Source: Pseudogymnoascus verrucosus (lineage: Eukaryota). Taken from it: a stretch of DNA of 64,000 bases. The DNA is taken from NCBI GenBank assembly GCA_001662655.1, contig KV460265.1; one strand, written 5' to 3'. The position numbers and the translations under genes are program-made. Of the stretch, positions 39,278 through 49,820 are shown piece by piece. Positions within the stretch are counted from its first letter, which is position 1; every line of letters begins with the position of its first letter. Below the pieces are notes generated by a model. The model saw nothing but the letters and a program-made list of their open reading frames with translations. It did not search any database and was not told where the DNA came from.

Positions 39278-39691
39278 ATGGACACCACCAAAGCCACTAC
39301 TATGAAAGTGGTGCACAATTCACGCGCCGGAGTGCCGTCGGTTCCCGGCAAAACAATGGGTGTATTCACTGGCGATGTCTGGCTGGATCAGGTGATCAGA
39401 CAGGACAACATGTCTGTAGTAAATGTCAACTTTACGCCATGTTCGAGGACTAATTGGCACCGCCACGAGGGGGGCCAACTGCTGCGGGTTACGGCCGGAT
39501 CAGGATGGATTTGCGAGAAGGGAGATCAACCTCAACGGATCGCTGTAGGGGATGTTATCTGGTGTCCTCCTGGGTCTCATCACTGGCATGGTGCTGACGA
39601 CGGAAGCTATATGGTTCATGAGGCTGTTACACTAGGGAAGATCGATTGGTATGAACAAGTGACTGATGAAGAGTATGCCGCAAAGAAATAG
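39278..39691 (+). CDS. Small cupin (cupin_2, hydroxynitrile-lyase-like subfamily), intronless
   Basis: FTGDVW, FTPCSRTNWHRHEGGQLL.VT.G.GW, GDVIWCPPGSHHWHGA and DWYEQVTDEEY. Confidence 0.88.
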   Translation: MDTTKATTMKVVHNSRAGVPSVPGKTMGVFTGDVWLDQVIRQDNMSVVNVNFTPCSRTNWHRHEGGQLLRVTAGSGWICEKGDQPQRIAVGDVIWCPPGSHHWHGADDGSYMVHEAVTLGKIDWYEQVTDEEYAAKK

Positions 39692-40372
39692 GGATATTGA
39701 TACGTGGACACGGGAAATAATGTACATAGGGATTGATTAAATAGAATATGATAACACATCAAAAACCTATTAAGTAAACCTGATGCCGTCTGTTAACATA
39801 TTTTTCAGCACCGAGGGCATCTCTGGGCGAAGTTGCTACAGTTTGTCCAAGGGCTCCAAGGCGCGAACTGAAATAGCCGCCTATCGGTAATGCCACTGCC
39901 GACATGCAAAGTACGAAGTTGATTTCGCCGACGTACGCTAGTCTGCGGGGTAGGGTATGTGGGGTGGGGGGTCTGTCAGGAAATGCGGAGCCCGGACGGG
40001 TAACACGGCTCAATCAAGATAAGAATACTCGAATATACCAAACAGCATGAGTTCTAATATCGAAAGATAAAAAGTTAACAGGTGAGCCTATAGTAGTCGC
40101 ACAAATCGTCTACTGTTTTAATTAATTCAAATTTTAGGAGACCCCAACCCATTGGGATTTACAAATGATCGCAATTGATTGCGCTCATGGAGTCTAGGAA
40201 TATTCAGATAAAATTGGAAGGTATTATAGCGCTCAATCTCAGCATATAAATATAGCAGAAATAGAAACCTTGCAACTTGACCTCCTGTTATGGCGGTAGT
40301 TTTTGTTAAGGATATTATACATAACTTAGCTTCGAGATGTAGTCCAACCCGTCACACCTTCAGTGTGGCTAT

Positions 40373-41167
40373 CTAATAATTAATAAACTCATCAAAACTA
40401 TGCTCCAGACTCTTCTCTGGTGTAGTACCTGCACCCTGACAACCATCAAGCTCATGATTGCTACCAGCAATAATGTTGCATTCTATAAATGAGCTCCAGT
40501 AATCGAACCCCCCGCCCTCCCTAATCCTCTTTTTGTTCCATGATAACCAGTGGTGGTCGACTATTTCTCCTCTGAAGGGAACCATCCCTTCTTTGTCCGT
40601 GGTTGGCATGTTATTTGGTGTCATGGGGTTCATAATTTCCGGCGGGCTTTCTGCTTTGTATTCTAGATGTTCGTATCCCTCCGCGATTGTTTCTTCGTCG
40701 TCTGTTGACATTATGAGTGGTGAGTCGAGAGTTTCCGCAGCCGTTGGCGTAGGTGGTGCAGAGCCTCTAAACGAATATATATGCCGCGTTGGAGATGTGT
40801 ATGAAGAGGTGGTTGCTGCGCTAAACGGGCTATAGTACCCTTCATACTCACAACGAGGCCATGCTGAGGCTAGCGGCTTTGGGAAATCATCCGTATCTGA
40901 TGGTTCGAAATCCTCATCACTGTCGCCATCTTTCCAGTCTTGACAAAAGACAGCAGTGAACCCTGAGACCTTCTCATCGCTTTCCAGAAACCTTCGCCGC
41001 CGCTTTTGATCGTTCTTACGATTAAAGGGCCGGTTCCACTCATCAGTAAAGACGGCCACCACATGAGTTCTCTTGTTTTTATTGGTGGGCCTCTCAGCCC
41101 AACAGGATCGTTGAGGTGTACACGTCAAGCAAGGTCGACCCACTCGAATCATATTTGAGTGAGGCAT
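40373..41167 (-). CDS. Hypothetical protein or gene relic
   Basis: 264-codon ATG ORF with no recognisable motif; low-complexity acidic/Ser-rich stretches. Confidence 0.3.
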   Translation of the reverse strand: MPHSNMIRVGRPCLTCTPQRSCWAERPTNKNKRTHVVAVFTDEWNRPFNRKNDQKRRRRFLESDEKVSGFTAVFCQDWKDGDSDEDFEPSDTDDFPKPLASAWPRCEYEGYYSPFSAATTSSYTSPTRHIYSFRGSAPPTPTAAETLDSPLIMSTDDEETIAEGYEHLEYKAESPPEIMNPMTPNNMPTTDKEGMVPFRGEIVDHHWLSWNKKRIREGGGFDYWSSFIECNIIAGSNHELDGCQGAGTTPEKSLEHSFDEFINY

Positions 41168-41716
41168 CTTGGACAGGCTTTTCTGGCGTTAAATTGGTAG
41201 CGCTGGCGGCGGTATTCCACAGCTAACTTTATATCAAATGGTGCAGTCATATACTGTGCGGTATGCCTCACACATACCCCAACCGCTTTATCCCCAATTT
41301 TGTAGCAATTTGAAGCTATTCTTTTGCTTGTTGAGTGCCGGCTGTGTATAGTTGGCTCTCTTCCGACTCGTGTTGGGGCATTGCCGCATCGGCTATGGGC
41401 GGTGTGGAAGTTGGGAAGCATATCGGCAATATGTAGCCGTACTTGCCGCCCGGGCACGGCAGATCCAGATTATGGCCAGGCAATATTTGAGTTATCTTCG
41501 GATATCCAAAGTAACAATGGGAGTGCAGAAGAGGTGTTGTGGATCAAGATTATGAAGATGGTTATGTAACCAAGAGCCCAAGGTTCACCAGATTCCCTGG
41601 TATTATAGTTGGTATAAATGTTATGCTTCTATTGAATTCTGTTCGAGTTAATTGATCATTATTCTTTATTTTTCGTATTTTTTGCCAATCTGGTTGATCA
41701 CAGTCAAATATCTGTC

Positions 41717-42889
41717 ATGAGTTCTACGATACCTGATAAAATGAGGGCGGTGGTCTTCAACGGTCCATTCGACGTCAAAGTTGTGACCAAACCAACGCCC
41801 CAGATTCGCGAGCCCACCGACGCCATTCTCAAGGTCTCTTCCACTGCTTTGTGCGGCAGCGACTTGGTACGTAGTTCTTTAAATTATATCTATGCAATGC
41901 GGATATTAGATTTATCGTCCTCTCTGAATTCTCTATCATTTGCTTACTTGCGCACGCAGCATTACTATCGAGGTCACCAGAAAGCAACGCCTGGATTTGT
42001 CTGTGGGCATGAAACGGTCGGACATATAGTGGCTTTAGGCGACTCGGTCAAGAACCATCAGCTCGGTGACCATGTCGTTGTTCCCTTCTCCACTTCTTGC
42101 GGCGACTGCTTCTATTGTAATCAAGGCGAATCCAGTCGCTGTTCAAAGGCTGCACTCCTTGGGTGTATCACACCGACATTTTCTTTGGACGGAGGGCAAG
42201 CGGAATATCTCCTAGTACCGAATGCGACATCGTCGTTGGTGAAAGCCCCGTCAAGGATTGCAGACGACTTGCTCGTTTTGATGGCAGATGTGTTCCCAAC
42301 TGGATATTTCGCCGCCAGCCGATTTCTCAAAGACCTATCCGAAAAGCAACAGGGAGATACTGTAGCTGTGGTTCTTGGGTGTGGTCCTGTAGGGATTTGC
42401 GCAATCGCTTCAGCTCTCCATCTCACCAATAACAAAGCCAAGGTCTTTGCAGTGGACTCGATCCCAGAACGGCTGGAAGCAGCCAAGAAATTAGGTGCAA
42501 TTCCGATCAATTTGTTAGACAACCCAGTTGAGAAGATCAAGGAAGCTTCATCTGGCCGCGGTGCAGACGTTGTAATGGAAGTTGTCGGCCACGCCGACGC
42601 TCTCGAGCTGGCCTTTGATATGATCCGCCCCTTCGGCAAAATTTCTAGTGTGGGAGTGCACAATGAACATATCAGCTTCCCAGGCTTTGCTCTATACTCG
42701 AAAAATGTGACATTGGCCTTTGGCCGGTGTCCTGTACGGAGTCTGTTTGACGAGACTGCTGCGGTATTGGAGGAATTACAGGACAAGCTTCTCTTCTTGT
42801 GCCAGAACAAAATGTCTCTTGAGGAGGCTCCGGAGGCTTTCAAGTTATTCGAGAAGATGAAAGTACATAAGATTTTATTTAGCGTATAA
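41717..42889 (+). CDS. Zn-dependent alcohol dehydrogenase (MDR, formaldehyde-dehydrogenase-like); intron 41867-41959
   Basis: CGSDL|H, GHETVG, structural-zinc CGDCFYC..C, ADVFPTGY, GCGPVG; a 93-nt GTACGT..CAG intron lies inside the called ORF. Confidence 0.93.
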   Translation: MSSTIPDKMRAVVFNGPFDVKVVTKPTPQIREPTDAILKVSSTALCGSDLVRSSLNYIYAMRILDLSSSLNSLSFAYLRTQHYYRGHQKATPGFVCGHETVGHIVALGDSVKNHQLGDHVVVPFSTSCGDCFYCNQGESSRCSKAALLGCITPTFSLDGGQAEYLLVPNATSSLVKAPSRIADDLLVLMADVFPTGYFAASRFLKDLSEKQQGDTVAVVLGCGPVGICAIASALHLTNNKAKVFAVDSIPERLEAAKKLGAIPINLLDNPVEKIKEASSGRGADVVMEVVGHADALELAFDMIRPFGKISSVGVHNEHISFPGFALYSKNVTLAFGRCPVRSLFDETAAVLEELQDKLLFLCQNKMSLEEAPEAFKLFEKMKVHKILFSV

Positions 42890-43656
42890 AAATCTAATCG
42901 ACTTGGAAATACGAATCTTTCCCTGCTCGGTCAGACCACCAACACATGGTGACATCCTCCAAAATTTAATTGAATTCAATCCTGATATTACTTCGAGGGA
43001 GCCCAAACTCGTGCTATGATTTGGTTAAATGGTGCTATTTATATTTGTAGCATATATCAAAATCAAATATGTTTGTACAGTTACTAGAACTTTGCAACTC
43101 GTACATATTTAAAGCCTCAACTTTGTTCATTTTTTCTATTATTTTTTCCGCCTCACGTGCCGCATCTCAGCTAATATCAAGGCTTTAATTTTATGAGATT
43201 GTATCCAGAGTAAATGGTGGGGGCGGGCAGCTGTGAAACCGATGCGGAAATGTCATGGTGAATTCGGCGACCACTATGGAGGCAAAAAAGCGGCATTCGC
43301 TATTGTCCAAACCCCATCACCTCCGGCAATCACGGGTGACATTCATAGTCCCAGGAGCGCTGAACTATTCGATAGCAGCACTATTAACCGATAAAATTGG
43401 AGCGGCTTGTTATCGTACCATACTATACGGGCATGTAGCGCGTGGAACGGCTCTGCCCATAGAGCCGAGGGTTTAGCCCGAGTTCTCACATCCTACCCTC
43501 CGTTCTGGGTATAAGGTTAAAGATGTAAACCCCTACAATTAGCTTCTCAAAAACATATCTACAAACTGCAACAAGATTATAGACAACCTATTTGAAGACG
43601 TGCCCATATCAAACTTTACCCTCATCCGTGCCAGAACAATTCCCGCACAATTCACC

Positions 43657-45147
43657 ATGGGCGACGCTCACGCACCTTTTGTGCACCCAGAGAGCATCAA
43701 GGCGGCTCTTAAGGACAAGTCCATCCTGCATGAGAAATCATTTATTGGCGGCGAGTGGGTGAGCGGGAGCACCACTTTTCCCGTCTATGATCCTGCCACC
43801 AACAAGATTATCGCCAACATCCCCAGCCTGTCAACGGAGCATTTCACCACTGCAATTGAACATGCACACAGAGAGTTCAAAACATTCAGAAACACAAAGG
43901 AGACCGTTCGAGCAAAGATGCTTCATAGTTGGGCGGCGCTCATACGTCAACATGCCGAGGATCTTGGCGTGCTCCTGACAATGGAGAATGGGAAGACACT
44001 GGCGGAGGCGCGCGGTGAAGTGGAATACGGTGCCACATTTATCAGTTGGTTTGCGGAAGAAGCGGTGCGGTCATACGGGGATATCATTCCGTCTCAGCAC
44101 AAAGGCAGCACGAATCTGGTTATACGCCAACCTATTGGTGTCTGTGGTATCATTGCGCCCTGGAACTTCCCCATCGCGATGATTACGCGGAAGATAGCAC
44201 CCGCAATTGCGGCAGGATGCACAGTCGTTGTAAAGCCGCCGAGCGAGACGCCACTGTGTACTTTGGCGTTAACTGCACTAGCCGTGCAGGCTGGCATTCC
44301 GCCGAACGTCATCCAAGTCGTTACGACAAAAGACCGGAATGCCATCACAGAGCTTTATACGCACCCGCTAGTGAAGAAAGTTAGTTTCACGGGCTCCACC
44401 GGAGTCGGCAAACTCATCACCAAAATGGCGGCGGGGACAATGAAGAAGGTCAGCATGGAACTCGGCGGAAACGCGCCGTACATCGTGTTCGACGATGCTG
44501 ACATTGACATTGCTGTCGCTGGCATGCTGGCATGCAAGTTTCGCTGCAGTGGGCAGACATGTGTCTGTGCAAACCGGATATATGTGCAAAGCGGAATTCA
44601 CGATGAGTTTGTGGCGAAGTTGACAAGGCGCATGTCTTCCTTCAAGATTGGCAGTGGGCTCGACCCAACTGTGACACACGGCCCCCTGGTCAATATGGCA
44701 GGGGTGAAGAAGATGAGAGAGCATATTTATGACGCAGTATCCAAAGGGGCCAAACTTGTCGTTGGAGGCACAAGTCCAGACTCAGAGGCCTACCTGATCG
44801 AGCCAGCCCTACTTACGGGTGTCACATCTAAGATGCTAGTCGCACGAGAGGAGACATTCGGGCCACTCGCCCCCGTGATCAAGTTCGACACAGAGGAGGA
44901 CGTTATCGAGCAAGCAAACGATACAGAATTCGGCTTAGCCAGCTACATTTTTTCAAACGACCTGAGAAAGATCTGGAGGGTGGCGAACGCGCTTGAGGCT
45001 GGCATGGTTGGTGTTAACACGGGGGTAATCAGCGCTTGTGAGGCGCCTTTTGGTGGGATTAAGGAGAGTGGGCTAGGAAAGGAAGGTAGCAAGTATGGGC
45101 TTGCTGAGTTTCAGGTTATCAAAAACATTACACTAAGCTTGGAATGA
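43657..45147 (+). CDS. gabD: NAD(P)-dependent succinate-semialdehyde dehydrogenase-like aldehyde dehydrogenase, intronless
   Basis: PWNFP, SFTGSTGVG, ELGGNAP, SGQTCVC (catalytic Cys), EETFGP and PFGGIKESGLGKEGSKYG; first ATG at 43657. Confidence 0.92.
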   Translation: MGDAHAPFVHPESIKAALKDKSILHEKSFIGGEWVSGSTTFPVYDPATNKIIANIPSLSTEHFTTAIEHAHREFKTFRNTKETVRAKMLHSWAALIRQHAEDLGVLLTMENGKTLAEARGEVEYGATFISWFAEEAVRSYGDIIPSQHKGSTNLVIRQPIGVCGIIAPWNFPIAMITRKIAPAIAAGCTVVVKPPSETPLCTLALTALAVQAGIPPNVIQVVTTKDRNAITELYTHPLVKKVSFTGSTGVGKLITKMAAGTMKKVSMELGGNAPYIVFDDADIDIAVAGMLACKFRCSGQTCVCANRIYVQSGIHDEFVAKLTRRMSSFKIGSGLDPTVTHGPLVNMAGVKKMREHIYDAVSKGAKLVVGGTSPDSEAYLIEPALLTGVTSKMLVAREETFGPLAPVIKFDTEEDVIEQANDTEFGLASYIFSNDLRKIWRVANALEAGMVGVNTGVISACEAPFGGIKESGLGKEGSKYGLAEFQVIKNITLSLE

Positions 45148-45878
45148 TATATAATAATCATCCTAACGAATAATAAAGACTTACAGCACCCAAAATACTC
45201 TGCCCTCGCGATCATTAATCTTTGTATCGGCACCGTGGTTTGATTGACAAAAGTTAGACAAAATAAAAAAATATTGTGCTTTAGAAACTACTTTATATAT
45301 TTGTTATCATGATTTGTATTGTAATTTGGGGGTAATTATTATTTTATCCTGCAACTCGTACTTTATTTATGGTACTTGCTTGGGTGTCGCAATTTATAGT
45401 TTAATACTGCTAAGTACGTATGTACAGTACAATATTTTGTGAAGTCATAACAACAGTATTAAACTGCATAAATCGGCCATCTCAATCTCAGCCTTGGTAT
45501 AGTGATGTCCAGAGACCAGTGCGCATGGTGCGGTCCGGCCAGCCAGAGGCCAAGGATCAACCACGAGCTTGTTAACAGACTGACGGCTACTAGCACCAGA
45601 CATGGACCCCACCTGCCAGGTTCTTGGCCGTCCAGTTAGGCCTGTCTCCCGTCACTAACATTTAACCCATCCAGTAGTACTCTCTCGCCCAGCTTTCTCA
45701 TACTTGCCAAGCTCATCCTATACAGCAATGAGTCCTTCATGCCAAGCCAACCAACTATGCTGCCTGATCCAGAACGTCTATTTTTGATTTCCCATTTTTG
45801 GATAAGATGTGGCGCATGCCTACTTCTGTTGATCGGTGATGGTCGTGATCGGGATTCTGTTGCGCTGAGAGAACATTG

Positions 45879-47695
45879 ATGATGCGCTCCTGGTTTGCGA
45901 CGGCGACGAGTCTGCGCTTTCTTCTCCTTGCGCTCGCTGTTTCGGGTAAGGCATAATCTAGCCTGTCTCTTTATGTGACTTTTATCTATTGCTCTCGCTC
46001 TTGCTCTTGCTGATCAATTGATTCCACAGATACTTTGGCTATTGAATGCAGCATTTATGAAGAATCCATAATTGCTAGGCTGGGGGGAAAGAAGGAAGTC
46101 TCGAATCAACAAGAGCTGGACATAAAGTATGCCGGATGCACCGAGATAGACGGCCCCGTGATTATCGCAGCCGATTATACGGGTGATTTCTACTTTCCCA
46201 ACGTCACGAAGATTTACAATGGGCTTATCACAGTTAATCACTACTCTCAGCGACAACACCAGCAGGAGCAGGTTCCCGTACCATTGCTCACCTCGATTGA
46301 GGTCCCCGACCTGAATAATACCAGATTTATCGAAATCCATGGTGTTCCCGCACTTAGGACTATCTCGTTCCCGAGCCTGACTATATTAGATGACTCTCTT
46401 AGTCTAGATGAAGTTGAGGACTGCTTTGTAGACTTCCCGTCTCTGACCAGAACCGTTGATCTGCAGATCATTGGAAATGTCACTAGGTGTGTTATCTTCT
46501 ATACGCAGCAACCGAAATGTACGGTTTCTAATCCAGTACTTTTTAGGTTGAGCTTCCCTCTTCTAGCCGACGGGGGCACCATGAGAGTATCTAGCAACCC
46601 CAAAAGCGACAAGGAATACTCAAATTACTTGATCGTCGATCCTGTCGACCAAGCCCCGTTGGATATCAAGTTTCCTGCGCTGCAGAATGCCACATCGATT
46701 TACCTCCAAGGAAGCATCACAAGGTAAGAATGCCAGGAACCTCTCAACTACATCGCTGATTGGTGTGATAGCTTGTCCATGCCACAGCTATCCAAAATAG
46801 GAAATGACAGGCAGTTTGATGCTGGAAATTTACGAATATTGACACACGGAAATCGGCTCAATATCAGCCTGCCGAGCCTGTCAAACCTTAGACATCTCTC
46901 AGCCGCTGGAACAATTGGATCGTACGTAGCATCCTAACCCACCATCATTCCATCCAACTAATCTTTATCAGCCTTAACTTCGCCTCCCTCCAGAGCATCG
47001 AAAGATTCGAAGTCAACACCTCTACCCCATTAAATGTCACCATGGAGCCGATGGGAGCCATAACCGAAATCCTCCATCTCTTGGGCGACGTTACTGCGTA
47101 AGCACCCCCCCTCCACTCTCCCTCTGTACGCACCGCTCACCCAGCCAGCGTCTCCATTTCCTCACTCTACCTACTTTTCAATCTCGTAATCGAAAGTGAC
47201 TCCAGCGACTTCTACTGCAGCTCCATCGCCTCTGACTTCGAGCGCCTCCAAGGCCGCAAACTCAAATCCTACGATTGCATTGGCCACCCCCCTAAAAGTA
47301 AGCTGCCTTTGCAGCTGGGACTCGGTCTTGGGCTTGGAATCCCCGTCTTTCTGGTTGTGGCGTTCTTGTTGCGCCTTTTTTTTAAAGGCCCTTGGGTTAA
47401 GAAGGTGTGGGGCACCGAGATGTGGACACCACAGCCTGTAGTCAAACCTCCCGCGTATGAGCTGGGTGTCCCGCCGACGTACGCTACTGATGGCCCTCCT
47501 ACGTACGATGCTTCCGAGGGAGAGCAGGGAAGTGAGCAAGGCGCTGCTAATGTGGCGGGTACTCACATGGGAGATGGAAGTAGTGTGCGTGGAGAGGGCG
47601 CGAGTGAGCATAGTGCGGGGGATGCCGCGAGCGCCCGCCTTGGGGATGGAAGCAGTGCACTCCATGAGGGCGCTTCTGGAAGGCGAGTTACATAA
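45879..47695 (+). CDS. Single-pass membrane protein with signal peptide and ECM33/receptor L-domain-like LRR ectodomain, multi-exon
   Basis: Signal MMRSWFATATSLRFLLLALAVS; repeated (L/I)xFPxL units; TM segment LGLGLGLGIPVFLVVAFLLRLFF; cytosolic PPAYE/PPTY motifs; several canonical introns. Confidence 0.7.
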
Positions 47696-48479
47696 TATGC
47701 ATTGTGTGTTGTTGAGTACTGATACCACTGTAATATATAATCGACCGTGTTTAATACAGAATAAGAATCATAGAAACAGGCATTCATTTGTCAAACGTAG
47801 CCCCTTTGTGTGTAGTGTAGACGCTACTTATGGGCCACGAGAAGGAGAAGCACATACAACCATAGACTCTAGAAAATTAGACATCTTGTACCAATCACAT
47901 CAGACACACATTAGATGCCAAGATAGTTAGAACCGCGCTTGCTCCCCTCTTGACGCTGCGCTTAGGTACCGCCGCACCCCGCACCTCCCCGCATTCACAT
48001 TCAACCGGAACAATTAACCGGATCTACTCTAATCTTCCTCAGATGAACTTTCGGATATCAACATGGACGATCTAGAAGTCTCATTGATGGAAATTGTTTC
48101 AATTTCCACTGACATCTCTTGGCATTGTGCTGGGCAATGATAAAAATCCACGGCCGAGTAACCGAGACCACCGAGATCTAAGACTCGGACAAGATTACCC
48201 CAGCTTTTGCCACGCTTCTCAGCATCAGATCAGCGGGATTCGGAGAAGCTCTCTTGCGAATGGCATTTTTGATAGGCGTCTCTTACAAACGACACTTCTG
48301 TAGTCTCACTTTTATGGAATAACTATGCCATCTTGGCCGGCGATTATAGAAAATTCTTCCGCAAGAAGCCTTTCCTAAACGGACGTGAAAATCTCCTATA
48401 AAACACGATGATAGTCTGTAAAATGTAGATAGTAGAAAGTTTACATTGACACCCAACACATCTCCTTCCAATTGTCAAC

Positions 48480-49562
48480 ATGCTCATCTCCAAACTCAGT
48501 GCTGCGGCACTTCTCCTTTCCCCGGTCGCCCTCGCTGCCCCAACAGCAGAGGTCTCATGTGCACGCTGCGACGAAGTAGCCCACGGTTTTGCCTCTCTCA
48601 ATGGCGGCACCACGGGAGGCAAAGGCGGCCGCATCGTCACGGTCACTACTCATGCCGATCTGGTGAAGTATGCGGCCATGGAGGAGCCGTTGATTATTCG
48701 CGTCGACGGTGTGTTGACTTCCGAACCCAAGGGTTTTGAAGTCCCGATTAAGAGCCACAAGACTATTATTGGCGTGGGTAAGACTGGGGCTGTTGTGGGC
48801 GGTGGGTTTGGGATTAATAACCAGAAGAATATCATTTTGAGGAATTTGGAGATTAGAGATACTTATATCCCCGAGGATTATAATGGGAAGTCGAAGGATT
48901 GGGATGGGATCCAGGTTGATACTGGTGTGAATATTTGGATTGATCACTGCAAGGTAACCACACTCAATCTTAAAAGATATCAAGTTGATATACTGACACC
49001 CTGATAGTTTGCAAGAATGGCAGACGGATTAATCGACTTGCGAAAGGATACAGACTACGTCACAGTATCAAATAACCTCCTTTCCGAGCACAACAAGGCG
49101 TTTGGAATTGGCTGGACCGAGAATGTGATCTCCAAAATGACTGTAAGCTCCCTCATTTCAAGATATAAAATCACAAGCTAATACCTTCAGATCAACGACA
49201 ACTTCTTCAACTCAACCAACCAACGCGGCCCCAGCGCCGACAACCTCAAGTACTGCCACATGTTCAACAACTACCACCTGAACATCACCTCCTACGGCAA
49301 CTACGCCCGCGGCCACACCCAACTCCTCGTCGAGAACTCGTACTACGAGAACGTCAACGACCCCGTTGTCGCTGGCCCAAATGCCTCGATCAAGAGCAAC
49401 TGGCTCAAGTTCAAGGATTGCACTGGAGAGAAACATTTGGATGTCAACAGCAAGAAGGTGTTTGATGCGAGGAAGTTCTACGAATACGCATTGAAGGATC
49501 CTTATGATCTCCCAACTACGATTCCTCCATTCGTTGGCCCGGCCCCGGATATTGGCATTTAG
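48480..49562 (+). CDS. Pectate lyase, polysaccharide lyase family 1, secreted; 3 exons
   Basis: Signal peptide; GFASLNGGTTGG; NIILRNL; DGIQ; NIWIDH; DGLID; NQRGP; HMFNNY; VENSYY. Confidence 0.93.
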
Positions 49563-49820
49563 AGGGGGTGTTGGCATGGATGGAGACTTTCATAAGTGAT
49601 TAGACTAAGTGAAGTTGCGAAGTTACACATAGCTAGCTATTAAATAATATCACGGGATTTTCGGACTTTGTTTGGTGGGTACTGGGATGTAGAGTTGAGT
49701 TTGTTGGCACCTAGAACTACATATTGTGGCTCAATAGGACGAGATAAACGGTTATTGTGTGAGCATTATTATCATTTATATATCCGAAAGCCTATCAATA
49801 CACCCATGCAGATAGCTCGA

